The notes under the pieces were generated by a model, which was not told the DNA's origin, searched no databases, and saw only the letters and a program-made list of their open reading frames with translations. A program made the position numbers and the translations under genes. Of a stretch of 64,000 bases of DNA, positions 45,889 through 55,739 are shown in pieces. This DNA is from Candidatus Hydrogenedentota bacterium. GTDB lineage: Bacteria > Hydrogenedentota > Hydrogenedentia > Hydrogenedentales > SLHB01. The stretch covers positions 2,094-66,093 of the forward strand of contig BTVY01000033.1 in NCBI GenBank assembly GCA_045863335.1. The letters are read 5' to 3'. Position 1 is the first letter of the stretch. The number at the start of each line of letters is the position of its first letter.

Positions 45889-46890
45889 ATGACTACTCAC
45901 GGAAGTATTGGGCGTTTGTCAGGGTGGGGGCACACCGAAGCGGGATTCCGGCGAATCCCGATCGCGAGTCTCCGTCTCGACTCGATCCCGTCGTTCAACA
46001 TCCATATTGCGGTCGCTGGCGAGCAGAAGCCCGTATTGTTTCGGGAGATGAATCTCCCGATTACCGGCGACGTCCTCGGAGCCCTGGCGGACAATCGCCA
46101 CGAGTACGTCTACGTCTCTACCGACCAGGAAAGAGCGTACTTGAAGTACGCCGAGGAAAACCTCGGAAATGTGCTTTCCGACGAATCTGTTCCGGTCGAA
46201 GAACGGTCTCAGGTCTTATACAGTTGCGCCCAAGGGCTGGTTTCGCAGGTCCTGGAGGAACCGCGGTCGAAGGAGCTGATTCAACGGAGCAGCGACCTGG
46301 TGCGAAGCACCACCACATTCATGATCAACGAAAAGGCGGCATTCTCCCATTTGCTGAAACTCGTTTCTTACGATTACTACACGTACACCCACAGCGTAAA
46401 CGTGTTTGTGTTCAGCGTTACCTTGGCTCAACGCGTTGGTTTCACGGACCCGCAGGAGTTGCAGGAATTCGGAGAAGGCGTGCTGCTCCATGATATCGGA
46501 AAGAGCATGATCGACCCGTCCATCATCAATTGCACGGGCAAACTCAGCGAAGAACAATGGCAGTCCATGCGCATGCATCCCGTCCACGGGTACGACATCA
46601 TGCGCGAGCACGGTTCGCTGACGGACATGGCCCTCAGCGTGGTCCGGCACCATCATGAGAAGATTCGGGGAGGCGGATACCCGGACAATTTGAAAGGCAA
46701 GCAGATCGCGCCACTCGTGCGGATTTCGACGATTGCCGACATCTTTGACGCCCTGACTACTCGGCGGTCCTACAAGAACGCCATGGGAACCTTCGAGGCC
46801 CTCCGGATCATGCGGGACGAGATCAGCCGCGATCTGGACGAAGATTACTTTCGCTCCTTCGTCGCGATGATGGGCAATCCAGACGGATAA
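45889..46890 (+). CDS. HD-GYP domain protein (putative c-di-GMP phosphodiesterase)
   Basis: HD motif LLHDIGKSMI, HHEKIRGGGYPDNLKG (HHE...GYP) and the IADIFDALTTRRSYK tail. Confidence 0.8.
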   Translation: MTTHGSIGRLSGWGHTEAGFRRIPIASLRLDSIPSFNIHIAVAGEQKPVLFREMNLPITGDVLGALADNRHEYVYVSTDQERAYLKYAEENLGNVLSDESVPVEERSQVLYSCAQGLVSQVLEEPRSKELIQRSSDLVRSTTTFMINEKAAFSHLLKLVSYDYYTYTHSVNVFVFSVTLAQRVGFTDPQELQEFGEGVLLHDIGKSMIDPSIINCTGKLSEEQWQSMRMHPVHGYDIMREHGSLTDMALSVVRHHHEKIRGGGYPDNLKGKQIAPLVRISTIADIFDALTTRRSYKNAMGTFEALRIMRDEISRDLDEDYFRSFVAMMGNPDG

Positions 46891-47018
46891 TCCTCCGAAC
46901 TCTGTCGCCCCAGAATCAGCATGCCCTGCAACCTATTGACGCCCAACAGAATTTGGAGTAGACTGGCCCAAGGGTGGAGGTTTCGGGTCGCTAACCGTAT
47001 GGAGCGATCGGCATCATC

Positions 47019-47987
47019 ATGGCCGCGAGCAGCGTGCAGGGTTTTCGCGCCATCCCGCTATCCAGCATCCGGATGGACTCCGTAACTGAGTTCGACATTC
47101 ACATCCAGACGAGGCCCGGCCTGCCACCTGTGCTGTACCGCGAGCGCAGGTTGCCCGTTACGCCTGTTGTCATCGAAAAACTCGTCGAGCAACGGCATCA
47201 CCATGTCTACATCCCCGCCGAACAAGAGAGGGAGTACCGCCGGTACATTACCGATCACATCGAGGCCATTCTTGCCGACCCGGGGCTGCCTTTGTCCGAA
47301 AAGTGCGAGGTCCTTTACGATTCCGCCCAAGGGCTCGTCGCGGACATTCTGGAAGATCCACGGTCTCGCGAGTTAATGGCACGCAGCAAGGAGCTGGTCG
47401 CGAGCACCGTCACCTTCATGAGCCAGGAGCAGCACGCATTTCAGTACCTGATTCAGTTGGTCTCGTATGACTACTATACCTACACCCACAGCGTAAACGT
47501 CAGTATTTTCAGCATCGCCCTCGCGCAGCATCTCGACTGTTTTGACGTCGCTGCGCTTCGCGACCTCGGCGAGGGTACCCTACTTCATGACGTGGGCAAG
47601 AGCATGATCGACCCGTCAATCACGTTACACCGCGGACCACTGACGGACGAGCAGTGGCGCATCATGAAAATGCACCCGGTCTACGGATACGAGATCCTGT
47701 TCGATCACGGCCTTCTCGGGCCGGCCGCCCTCGATGTGGTGCGGCACCATCACGAGAAACTCGATGGAAGCGGGTACCCCGACGGCCTGAAGGGCGACCA
47801 AATCTCACCGCTGGTTCGGGTCAGCACAATCGCCGACATCTTTGACGCCATGACGACCCGGCGTTGCTACCGCGGGGCCATGAAGTCGTTTGACGCATTG
47901 TTGGAGATGAAGGAACACCTCGGTTTTCAAGTGGACCAGGTGTACTTCCGCACCTTCGTGGAAATGATGGGGAATGCGGAAGCGTGA
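47019..47987 (+). CDS. HD-GYP domain protein (tandem paralog)
   Basis: LLHDVGKSMI, HHEKLDGSGYPDGLKG and IADIFDAMTTRRCYR. Collinear similarity with the preceding gene across the whole length. Confidence 0.8.
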   Translation: MAASSVQGFRAIPLSSIRMDSVTEFDIHIQTRPGLPPVLYRERRLPVTPVVIEKLVEQRHHHVYIPAEQEREYRRYITDHIEAILADPGLPLSEKCEVLYDSAQGLVADILEDPRSRELMARSKELVASTVTFMSQEQHAFQYLIQLVSYDYYTYTHSVNVSIFSIALAQHLDCFDVAALRDLGEGTLLHDVGKSMIDPSITLHRGPLTDEQWRIMKMHPVYGYEILFDHGLLGPAALDVVRHHHEKLDGSGYPDGLKGDQISPLVRVSTIADIFDAMTTRRCYRGAMKSFDALLEMKEHLGFQVDQVYFRTFVEMMGNAEA

Positions 47988-48017
47988 AGCTTCGCAAGCC
48001 GCGCGCGATCGAGAGGC

Positions 48018-48692
48018 CTAGACCCGTGCGGCTTCGGGCGGCATCTCCTTCAGAATCGAGACGCCCGTGCTGGTACCGATCCGGGTGGCGCCTGCCGTAA
48101 TCATCGCCACCGCATCCGCGTACGATCGGATACCGCCGGCCGCCTTAATCCCCAAGGTGCCGCCAACGACCTGCCGCATCAAGGCTACGTCCTCGGCTGT
48201 GGCGCCGGCGCGGCCAAACCCCGTCGACGTCTTAACAAACGCCGCGCCCGATCGCTTCGCCATCTCGCACGCCGCGATCTTCTCCTCGGTGGTGAGATAG
48301 CTGGTTTCAATGATGACCTTGACCGGCACGTGCTGCACGCCCTTGACAACCGCCGCGATCTCCCGCTCAACGAAACTCGGGAAACCGGATTTCAACGCGC
48401 CGATGTTGATTACCATATCGATTTCGGTAGCGCCGTTCCTCACGCATTCCCGGGCCTCCTCGACTTTGATGCGCGCCGTATTCGCCCCCAGGGGAAAGCC
48501 GACCGTTGGATTCACGCCGACGCCGGTGTTTTGCAGTCGCTTTGCGCAGAACGCCGTCCAGACAGGATTGATGGATACGGATGCAAATCCGCATTTCACC
48601 GCAACTTCACAGAGCTCTGTGATGTCGTTTTGAGTGGCATTCGCCCGGACCTGCGTATGATCGATCATCCGGGCAAGTTGTACTCGAGTCAA
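48018..48692 (-). CDS. deoC: Deoxyribose-phosphate aldolase
   Basis: IDHTQVRANATQNDITELC, DMVINIG and Schiff-base Lys region AAFVKTSTGF are characteristic of DeoC. Confidence 0.85.
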   Translation of the reverse strand: MTRVQLARMIDHTQVRANATQNDITELCEVAVKCGFASVSINPVWTAFCAKRLQNTGVGVNPTVGFPLGANTARIKVEEARECVRNGATEIDMVINIGALKSGFPSFVEREIAAVVKGVQHVPVKVIIETSYLTTEEKIAACEMAKRSGAAFVKTSTGFGRAGATAEDVALMRQVVGGTLGIKAAGGIRSYADAVAMITAGATRIGTSTGVSILKEMPPEAARV

Positions 48693-48918
48693 CGATTTGG
48701 TCTCCTGCGTGGCGCGCGTTCCCGTTGCGGCTCTGGCCGGTGCGTGGGGCGGCCTATTCCCGTTAAATCCAACCGTGGGCGCATAGTGTCGCCCATTTAA
48801 TCACAAAAATCCAATTCCCAAGCGGCGCAGTCCGCCGATCCCGGGCTCCGCCGCGTTTGTTACCGCATCAACCGGATGGTAGACTGCCTCGCAAACCGCG
48901 GGAACGGAGAGGTGAGCC

Positions 48919-50322
48919 ATGGATGAGAACGCGTATCTGGCCGAGTTGTCGAAGAAGCCGTTGATAAGCCGAATCGGGGGGTACTTCCGGCTGAGCGGCC
49001 CTGGCTACATGCAAAGCGCGATGACCCTCGGCGCCGGTTCGATGGCATCGTGCGTCGTGCTCGGCTCCCTGCTCGGATACAAGTTGCTGTGGGTGCAGCC
49101 AATGGCGATTGTGCTGGGGGTATTCCTGCTGGGGGCCGTCGCCAAGCAGACCTGCCACACGGGCGAGCGCACCTACGAGGTTTTCTGGAAGCGATTACAC
49201 CCCGCCCTGGCGCTTCTCTGGGCCGCTTGCGCCATGGTCGCCACGGTTATCTGGCATTTTCCCCAATACTCCCTGGCCGCGGACGGCATGGGTACCCTGG
49301 CCGGCGGGCTTGGCGTCTCGCTCGGCTCTACCGGCGCGCGTGCCGGGATTGGCGCAGTATTGCTCATTGCCGCCACCGCTGTCGTTGCACTCTACGTCTC
49401 GGGTGCGCGCGGGCTGAAGGCCTACGAGACGGCCATCAAGATCCTTGTCTGGTCCATCGTCATCGCGTTCACCGTCGCCGCCTTCGCCACGGGATTCCAG
49501 TTCAAGCAATTCCTCCTCGGGATCACCGGCATCTCGTTTCTGCAGGATGTCCTCGCGGGGGGGTACGACCCACGCGCCACGAAACCCATTGTGGGAGGAA
49601 TCGCCGCCGCCGTCGGCATCAACATGCTCTTTCTATATCCTTACTCGTTGCTCAACAAGAACTGGGGGAAAAACCACAAGGAACTCGCCTACTACGATCT
49701 CATCACCGGGATGCTCATTCCCTTCCTCTTCACGACGACTTTCGTCACCGCCGCTGTGGCAAATACCCTCGGCCCGGCGCCAGGTGAAGTTGCGGACGCG
49801 CCGGTTCGCGAGATCGTCGATGTCATCCCCGCGCTCAGCCAAACCTTCGGGGAAGGGTTTTCGCGAATCCTGATTGGATTCGGGATGCTGGCCATCGGAT
49901 TCTCCACCATCATTACCCACATGCTCGCCTGCGGCTTTATCGGTTGCGAGATCTTCGGCTTCGACAACCGCGGCAAGGCGAAGTTCTGGTTTTCGCTGGT
50001 TCCCGCGATCGGGGTGCTCGGCGTTGGCATGAAATCGCCCTGGCTCGTGGCCATCACCGCTTCGAGTCTCGCTGCCCCGCTCATGCCCATCTCGGTGCTT
50101 TGCTTCCTGCTGCTGATGAACAACCGGGACTACATGGGCGACGCGACGCCGCGCGGCGGCAAGAAGCTCATGTGGAACGTCATGCTTTCGGCGTCGATTA
50201 TTGTGCTTAGCATCGCCGGATACTTCGGCCTTGCCAAGAACTGGGAAGACCTCAAGTCTCGTTTGTCCGAGCCTCCCGCGGAAACGGCGCTGCTCGTGGA
50301 AGCGGAAAGCACTTACGAGTAG
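48919..50322 (+). CDS. NRAMP-family divalent metal transporter-like membrane protein
   Basis: SGPGYMQSAMTLGAGSMASCVVLGSLLGYKLLWVQPMAIVLG parallels the NRAMP GPGFL...DPGN...GYxLLW N-terminal signature. About 11 TM segments. Confidence 0.65.
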   Translation: MDENAYLAELSKKPLISRIGGYFRLSGPGYMQSAMTLGAGSMASCVVLGSLLGYKLLWVQPMAIVLGVFLLGAVAKQTCHTGERTYEVFWKRLHPALALLWAACAMVATVIWHFPQYSLAADGMGTLAGGLGVSLGSTGARAGIGAVLLIAATAVVALYVSGARGLKAYETAIKILVWSIVIAFTVAAFATGFQFKQFLLGITGISFLQDVLAGGYDPRATKPIVGGIAAAVGINMLFLYPYSLLNKNWGKNHKELAYYDLITGMLIPFLFTTTFVTAAVANTLGPAPGEVADAPVREIVDVIPALSQTFGEGFSRILIGFGMLAIGFSTIITHMLACGFIGCEIFGFDNRGKAKFWFSLVPAIGVLGVGMKSPWLVAITASSLAAPLMPISVLCFLLLMNNRDYMGDATPRGGKKLMWNVMLSASIIVLSIAGYFGLAKNWEDLKSRLSEPPAETALLVEAESTYE

Positions 50323-50339
50323 CGGATTTTTGCAGAGAT

Positions 50340-50370
50340 GGAGAAGCGCGTATGCAGAACGCGCTTCTCC
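50340..50370 (+). terminator. Intrinsic terminator hairpin between convergent genes
   Basis: ggagaagcgcgt-atgcaga-acgcgcttctcc: perfect 12-bp GC-rich stem, 7-nt loop, followed by aGUCUUGGUUGAUU. 18 nt after the NRAMP-like stop, 13 nt before the convergent acylase stop. Confidence 0.6.
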
Positions 50371-50382
50371 AGTCTTGGTTGA

Positions 50383-52587
50383 TTAGTCCGCCTTCACCAG
50401 CACGGTGCGCGACTCGATGTGTCCGGCGAGATCTTCAGGGCGCCACCAGGTCGGTTGGAGTTGTCGCGGGCTGAAGGCCCTCTCCGCCTGGTCGCGGTAG
50501 TGGGGTGAATCGGGGCGGTCGCTCTGTCCGATTGGCACGTAAGTCCAGCTTCGGATCGGTTTGCTGAGGACGACGATCTGCGTGGAGGTCTGGCCGCTGC
50601 GTCCCCAGCGGGTGTGGTCAGGTCGCTCCCGTTCGTAGCCGACGTTGCGCAGCGTGGTCATACCGAGATACCCGTCGCCTCCGCCGCCGAGAGGCCAGGA
50701 AACATCGTCCCGACCGACGCGGAATACGTCGCCGTACGTCGCATCCGTCGAGCCTAGATCACTCTTGAGCTTACGCATGGCGTTGCCGAAAGACCGGCCT
50801 GCAGCGAGCAGTTGTTCTGAGGAGAGATCCAGGGCGGGCGTCGGTTTACCCAATGGCGCGAGGTAATTGTCGATGTGTTCCGCCGCCTGCTCCATCACGT
50901 CGCGGCCATGATCGTCGACGAGTTGTTTGCGCCAGTAGTAGTATTTCAACGCGCCCGTGGAATCCCGTGCCAGTTCCTGGTTCCAGTTCAGCAGGTCTTC
51001 GATGCTGTCGGCGTACTCCCTATCGGCGCGAAGCACCTCCCTGTGCGCTTCATCCGCGAGCCGCAGGACTTCGATCCACCGCTCGCACCCGTAGGGATGC
51101 ACATCTACCGCGTACGCCAACGCCTCTTCCACCGTGACCGAGTCGTCCGCCTCCAACAACTGAACCGCGCGTGCGCCGCGCTGATTGGTCCACCCATCTC
51201 GTGGATTGCCATACCCGAGATCCGAGAAGAGGTAGGGAACCGATTCGCTCAGCTTGAAGGGGCTGTTGACCATCATGGCGTCCGGCGGAATGTTGCAATT
51301 CTGCATGTAGCCCTGCGGCGGGTTCAGCACTTGCAGGTGATCGCTTGCCGGATGGAAGCCCTGCCACTCCGTGAGCGTCGTACTGCCGCTGACGGGGCGC
51401 GACCAATCGAATTCACCGGGCCGTTTCGGGACGCGCCCGGTCCGTTGGTAATAAATGTTGCCTGACGTGTCAGCAACCATGACATTCTGCGGAAAAACTT
51501 GAAGGGTTGCGAGCGCCGCGACCGCGCCCTGGTAGTCCTTGCCGAAGTTCAACTCGTACCACGCTTCGTTTCCTGCTACCGCGTCGGCATAGGCCGATTT
51601 GAGCGCGTAGCCTTTTCCATTGCGGATGGCCACCACCGGACCGTGATGCGATTCCAGTATTGGCAAGGTTTGCGCGCCCGCGCCTTTCACATTCAGCGTG
51701 ACCTCCCGTTCCTCTAACGCGCGCCACTCGCCGTCGTACAGGTACTCCTTCGGATTCTCGGCGTTTAGTGTCAGTTCGTAAACGTCCGCTGTATCCGGAC
51801 CGCCCGTCGTCATGGCCCAGGCCAGGTTTTCGTTATGACCCAATCCGATGTAAGGCTGGCCCGGCAACGAGAACCCGCTCCCGATCCACTTGCCCGCGTG
51901 GACGCGGAACTCCCAGAACCGCGACGCGCCGAACCAGCCGAGATGCGGGTCGATATACAGGATAGCCGCGTTCTCCGCGCTGCGTTCCGGCGCGACCGCA
52001 AACTGATTGGAGCCCCGTTCCACCCGGTCAAACCCCGGCTCCACGCCTGCCCGCTTCAGATCGGCAAACCCGTCGTCGAAGGACCAGGACTGCAGGAACA
52101 GCCTGCCGAAGGCCATGATCATGAACTCGTCGACCTCGTCGTGGTCCCACCATTCCGGCACATCCTCGGGGTGCGCGGCATAGTAATCGTTGATGCCTTG
52201 TGCGAAGGCTTGCATGTGTTCGCGCACCTCCGGCCGCACCTGATCCGCGCCGCGCTTGGACCCTTCATACAACTCCCACAGATGGGCGACCTGGTCCGAT
52301 TCAATCGCGCCTTCCCCTTCAACACTGGAGAGTTCACCCAGGCCGCGTTTCAGGTTCTTGAGCAATTCCGCCGGACGGTCCTCGGCTTGCGCCCAGCCCA
52401 TGGCGTAAAGTCCGGCACGTTCTGTCGGGGCATAAATGTGCGGAATCCCCCAAGTGTCGCGATAGATCACCGTCTTTCCCGCGTCGTCACCGGCTCCCGG
52501 CAGTTCCGCCGCGACGGCGGCTACCATCGACACGATGGACAGAACGGTAAGTAAGTGCGTTCTTGAGGGCCGAACGGGTGCAATCAT
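50383..52587 (-). CDS. Penicillin acylase family (Ntn-hydrolase S45) protein, secreted
   Basis: Signal-like N-terminus MIAPVRPSRTHLLTVLSIVSMVAAVAA, alpha-subunit segment TWGIPHIYAPTERAGLYAMGWAQAEDR and beta-subunit nucleophile region SNQFAVAPERSAENAAILYIDPHLGW. Start at internal ATG 52585-52587. Confidence 0.8.
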   Translation of the reverse strand: MIAPVRPSRTHLLTVLSIVSMVAAVAAELPGAGDDAGKTVIYRDTWGIPHIYAPTERAGLYAMGWAQAEDRPAELLKNLKRGLGELSSVEGEGAIESDQVAHLWELYEGSKRGADQVRPEVREHMQAFAQGINDYYAAHPEDVPEWWDHDEVDEFMIMAFGRLFLQSWSFDDGFADLKRAGVEPGFDRVERGSNQFAVAPERSAENAAILYIDPHLGWFGASRFWEFRVHAGKWIGSGFSLPGQPYIGLGHNENLAWAMTTGGPDTADVYELTLNAENPKEYLYDGEWRALEEREVTLNVKGAGAQTLPILESHHGPVVAIRNGKGYALKSAYADAVAGNEAWYELNFGKDYQGAVAALATLQVFPQNVMVADTSGNIYYQRTGRVPKRPGEFDWSRPVSGSTTLTEWQGFHPASDHLQVLNPPQGYMQNCNIPPDAMMVNSPFKLSESVPYLFSDLGYGNPRDGWTNQRGARAVQLLEADDSVTVEEALAYAVDVHPYGCERWIEVLRLADEAHREVLRADREYADSIEDLLNWNQELARDSTGALKYYYWRKQLVDDHGRDVMEQAAEHIDNYLAPLGKPTPALDLSSEQLLAAGRSFGNAMRKLKSDLGSTDATYGDVFRVGRDDVSWPLGGGGDGYLGMTTLRNVGYERERPDHTRWGRSGQTSTQIVVLSKPIRSWTYVPIGQSDRPDSPHYRDQAERAFSPRQLQPTWWRPEDLAGHIESRTVLVKAD

Positions 52588-52745
52588 GGTACCTCTCCTC
52601 TCAGATTTCGCTGAAACCGCTCCTGGACCTCGGACTCGAAGATGCAGAGCGCGTACCACCCTAGCATTCGGCGAGGATTCGCGCCAACTTTTCCCTCGGC
52701 GATCGGGCGAAGTTTGACGCAACACGTTGCGCGATATAGAATTCC

Positions 52746-52775
52746 ACCTTTAGTGCGTACAGTCGCACTAAAGGT
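52746..52775. promoter_or_regulatory. 30-bp inverted repeat ACCTTTAGTGCG-tacagt-CGCACTAAAGGT (operator-like)
   Basis: 12-nt perfect arms with a 6-nt spacer, in the divergent acylase/sensor intergenic region. Immediately downstream of a TTGACG (52714-52719) ... TATAGA (52735-52740) promoter-like pair. Confidence 0.45.
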
Positions 52776-52842
52776 CAACTTTGCTGTCTCACTCCCAAAC
52801 GGGAAGATTCCGGCTAGCGAACCGGCCAAGGGCAGAGCCGAA

Positions 52843-55739
52843 ATGCATTTGCGCAGTTTGATTGCTTTGGGCATTGTCAGTTGTTTTTGCGCCTCCTTGG
52901 GGGCTGCTGAACAATATTCCTTCCGCGTCTATCGGTCCCCCCTTACCGTGGCCGATGACCGCATCACGGACCTCTACGAAGACCCCTCCGGCACGCTTTG
53001 GGTTGCGGTTTGGGGCAAAGGCGTCTGCCGTATCGATGGCACCGAATCGCGGACGTTCACCTCGGCAAACGGACTCCCAAGCGATTGGGTTCGTTGTTTT
53101 GCGCCCGACGCGGATGGCGGCCTTTGGGTGGGCGGCGCCGACGGTCTCGCGCATATCTTCGGAGATGCCATCCGCGCGTACACGACGGTCACGACACCGG
53201 CATTGCCGTCCAACTCGATCCGATGCTCTGCCGTGCTCCAGTCCGGGGTGATCTGTTTCGGCCTGGCGTCCGGTGGGGTGATGGCTCTCGGCGATCATCC
53301 GCTAGGTCTACCCGGCCACACCGGCGCTCCCGATGAATGGGTTTTCGTCGGCTACCCCGAAATCCCTTCGCCGGAAGGCGTCGACGACGTGATGCAGGCG
53401 GCGGATGGGAGCATCTGGCTTGCCATGCACGACGGCAGCGTATTCCAATTCAACGAGGGCGTGTGGCGCGAACACGGCCCGGATCAGGGACTCACGGCTA
53501 CGGTCAATTCCCTCTACCAGGATAGCGCCGGGCGAATCTGGGGTGCCGGCGGCGAAGTCCTGGCGCTGCACTCGGCCAACCGATGGGAAATCATCGACAC
53601 CATTGCTCCCCCCGTTCGCGTCGTCGCCGAGTCGGAATCCGGCGATGTTCTCGTTGGAACGGATCGCGGCGTATGGGCACTTGACGCGGCTGGCTGGCGC
53701 AAATTGGATATGGGGCCGGACATCGGGGATCCCGAGGTTTCAGCGCTGCTTTGTGGGAATACGGGCACTCCCTGGGTCGGAACCCGCGAGGGCCTCGTGC
53801 GAGGAACGGTGCCAATCTGGGCGACACACGCGCGGACCGGCGACGGAGTACCCATTCGGGCTACGCCGCTGTACGCGGATTTGGATGTTCCCCCGCTCAG
53901 TGCCGACAGCGAGGGAAACCTGATCCGTTTTGAGGATGGCCAGTGGTCGGCCACCGCGCCGGTGCAACACGATCGCTTTCGTCCCAAGTGGTTCTCCACC
54001 CCTCGCGAGGGTCTGATTTGGGCGCTTTGCGATCTGGATGCCATCAGTTTTCGTGTAGACACAGGCGACGTCGTCGAGGTTGCGCCAATCCCGCCGGGTA
54101 TGCAGACCATCCGGGTGGAATGGGGCCTCGATAACAAACCCTGGCTCCTGGGCAGCGAGGGCGTCTTCATCCTCGACGGCGGCAAGTGGCAGCCCCTGCG
54201 GCGTCACGCCGACACCCGCGCGAGTTGGGCGTACGACATCGACATCGCCAACGACAGTACCGCCTACGTGTGCTATGAGTCGGGCATCAACATCTGGAAA
54301 GATGGGCAGGTCCGCCCCTCCGCCCCTTCGCGCATTTGCCGCAGGGTGGACACTTCACGGCCGTTCGCTGCATGAGCGACGGAAAAGTCTGGTTTGGCAC
54401 CTACGGCAATGGGATCGTCGTATACGACGGCAACGCGACGACCCACATCACCCGTAGCAATGGCTTGGTCAGCGATCATGTCTCCCAAATCTTCGAGGCG
54501 TCCGATGGGACCGTCTGGGTGGCATACCGGCGCAAGGGTGTGTCGTCTTTCAAAGACGGGCGCTGGATCTACTTCGGACACCGCCATGGTCTTCCGAATG
54601 CATCGGGCGTGACCTTTGCCGAACATCCCGCCGGCACTATCTGGCTTGCTTCGGATCGCAGCGGGATTCTCCGCTATGCGCCCGAGCAATCTGCTCCGGA
54701 CACGACAGTGACGGCTGCGACGGAGACCATCGCTGCGGGTGGTACGGGTATTTTTTCTTTCAGCGGGACGGACGCGTGGCACCGCACGCTCCCCCGCGAC
54801 ATTGCCTATTCCTGGCGGGTCATTGCGCCATCCGGGCCGGAGACTCCTTGGGGGCCGGTCCAGACATCGAGTGTGGCCGTCGTCTCCGGTCTTCCCGCGG
54901 GCGAGTATCAGTTAGAAGTCCGTGCAACGGATGAGGACCGGAATTTCGACGCCACCCCGTCGGTTTTCAGCGTGATCGTTGAACCTCCGTTCTATGCGCG
55001 GCTGGGATTCGTCATTCCCGTCAGCACCCTGATCGCACTCGTTCTGGCGTCGTTGATTTCCCTCTATCTTAAGCAGCGCCGGCTTCAGGATTCAGAACGC
55101 AGCCTGCGCAAGAGCGAAGCCAGCCTGGGTGAGGCCCAGCGAATCGCCCTCGTTGGCAACTGGGAGTGGAACGTCACACGCAATACGATGGTGTGCAGCC
55201 CGCAGGTGTCGAGGATTTTGGGATGGCCGTCAATTCGACGGACGCCTGCTGTGTCCGACATTCGGGACACCATTCACCCCGAGGACCTAACCACGTTGGA
55301 TGACGCCGTTCGCGAGGCCCTGGCAACAGGCGCACCCCTTGATTTCGACCACCGAATCCTCCGGCCCGACGGGGATGAACGGTTCATTCATCAACGCGGT
55401 GAATTGACGAAGGACAGTCTGACCGGCGACATCATCATACGTGGAATCTTGCAGGACATTACGGAGCGCAAACGGATCCAGACCGAGCGCGAACGGTTAA
55501 TCGCAGAATTACGGGACGCGCTGACGCACATCAAGACCTTGCGGGGACTCATCCCCATCTGCTCATCCTGCAAACGCATACGCGACGACAGCGGATACTG
55601 GAATCAGTTGGAGACCTTCATCAAAGCGCGTTCCGAGGCCGAGTTCTCCCACGCGATCTGTCCCGATTGTGCGAAACAGATCTACGGCATCGACTACCTT
55701 GCGGACGATCCCGGCACAGACGAAGGAAAGGACACCTAG
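52843..55739 (+). pseudogene. Sensor protein: periplasmic two-component-regulator propeller repeats + Y_Y_Y domain + TM + PAS + 4-Cys C-terminal domain, interrupted by a frameshift
   Basis: Two overlapping ORFs (52843-54375 frame 1, then 54336-55739 frame 0) carry the same 24-aa propeller repeat family. An 8-bp tandem duplication CCGCCCCT-CCGCCCCT at 54312-54327 accounts for the shift. Deleting one copy gives continuous ...NIWKDGQVRPFAHLPQGGHFTAVRCMSDGKVWFGTYGNGIVVYDG... matching the repeat consensus. Confidence 0.7.
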
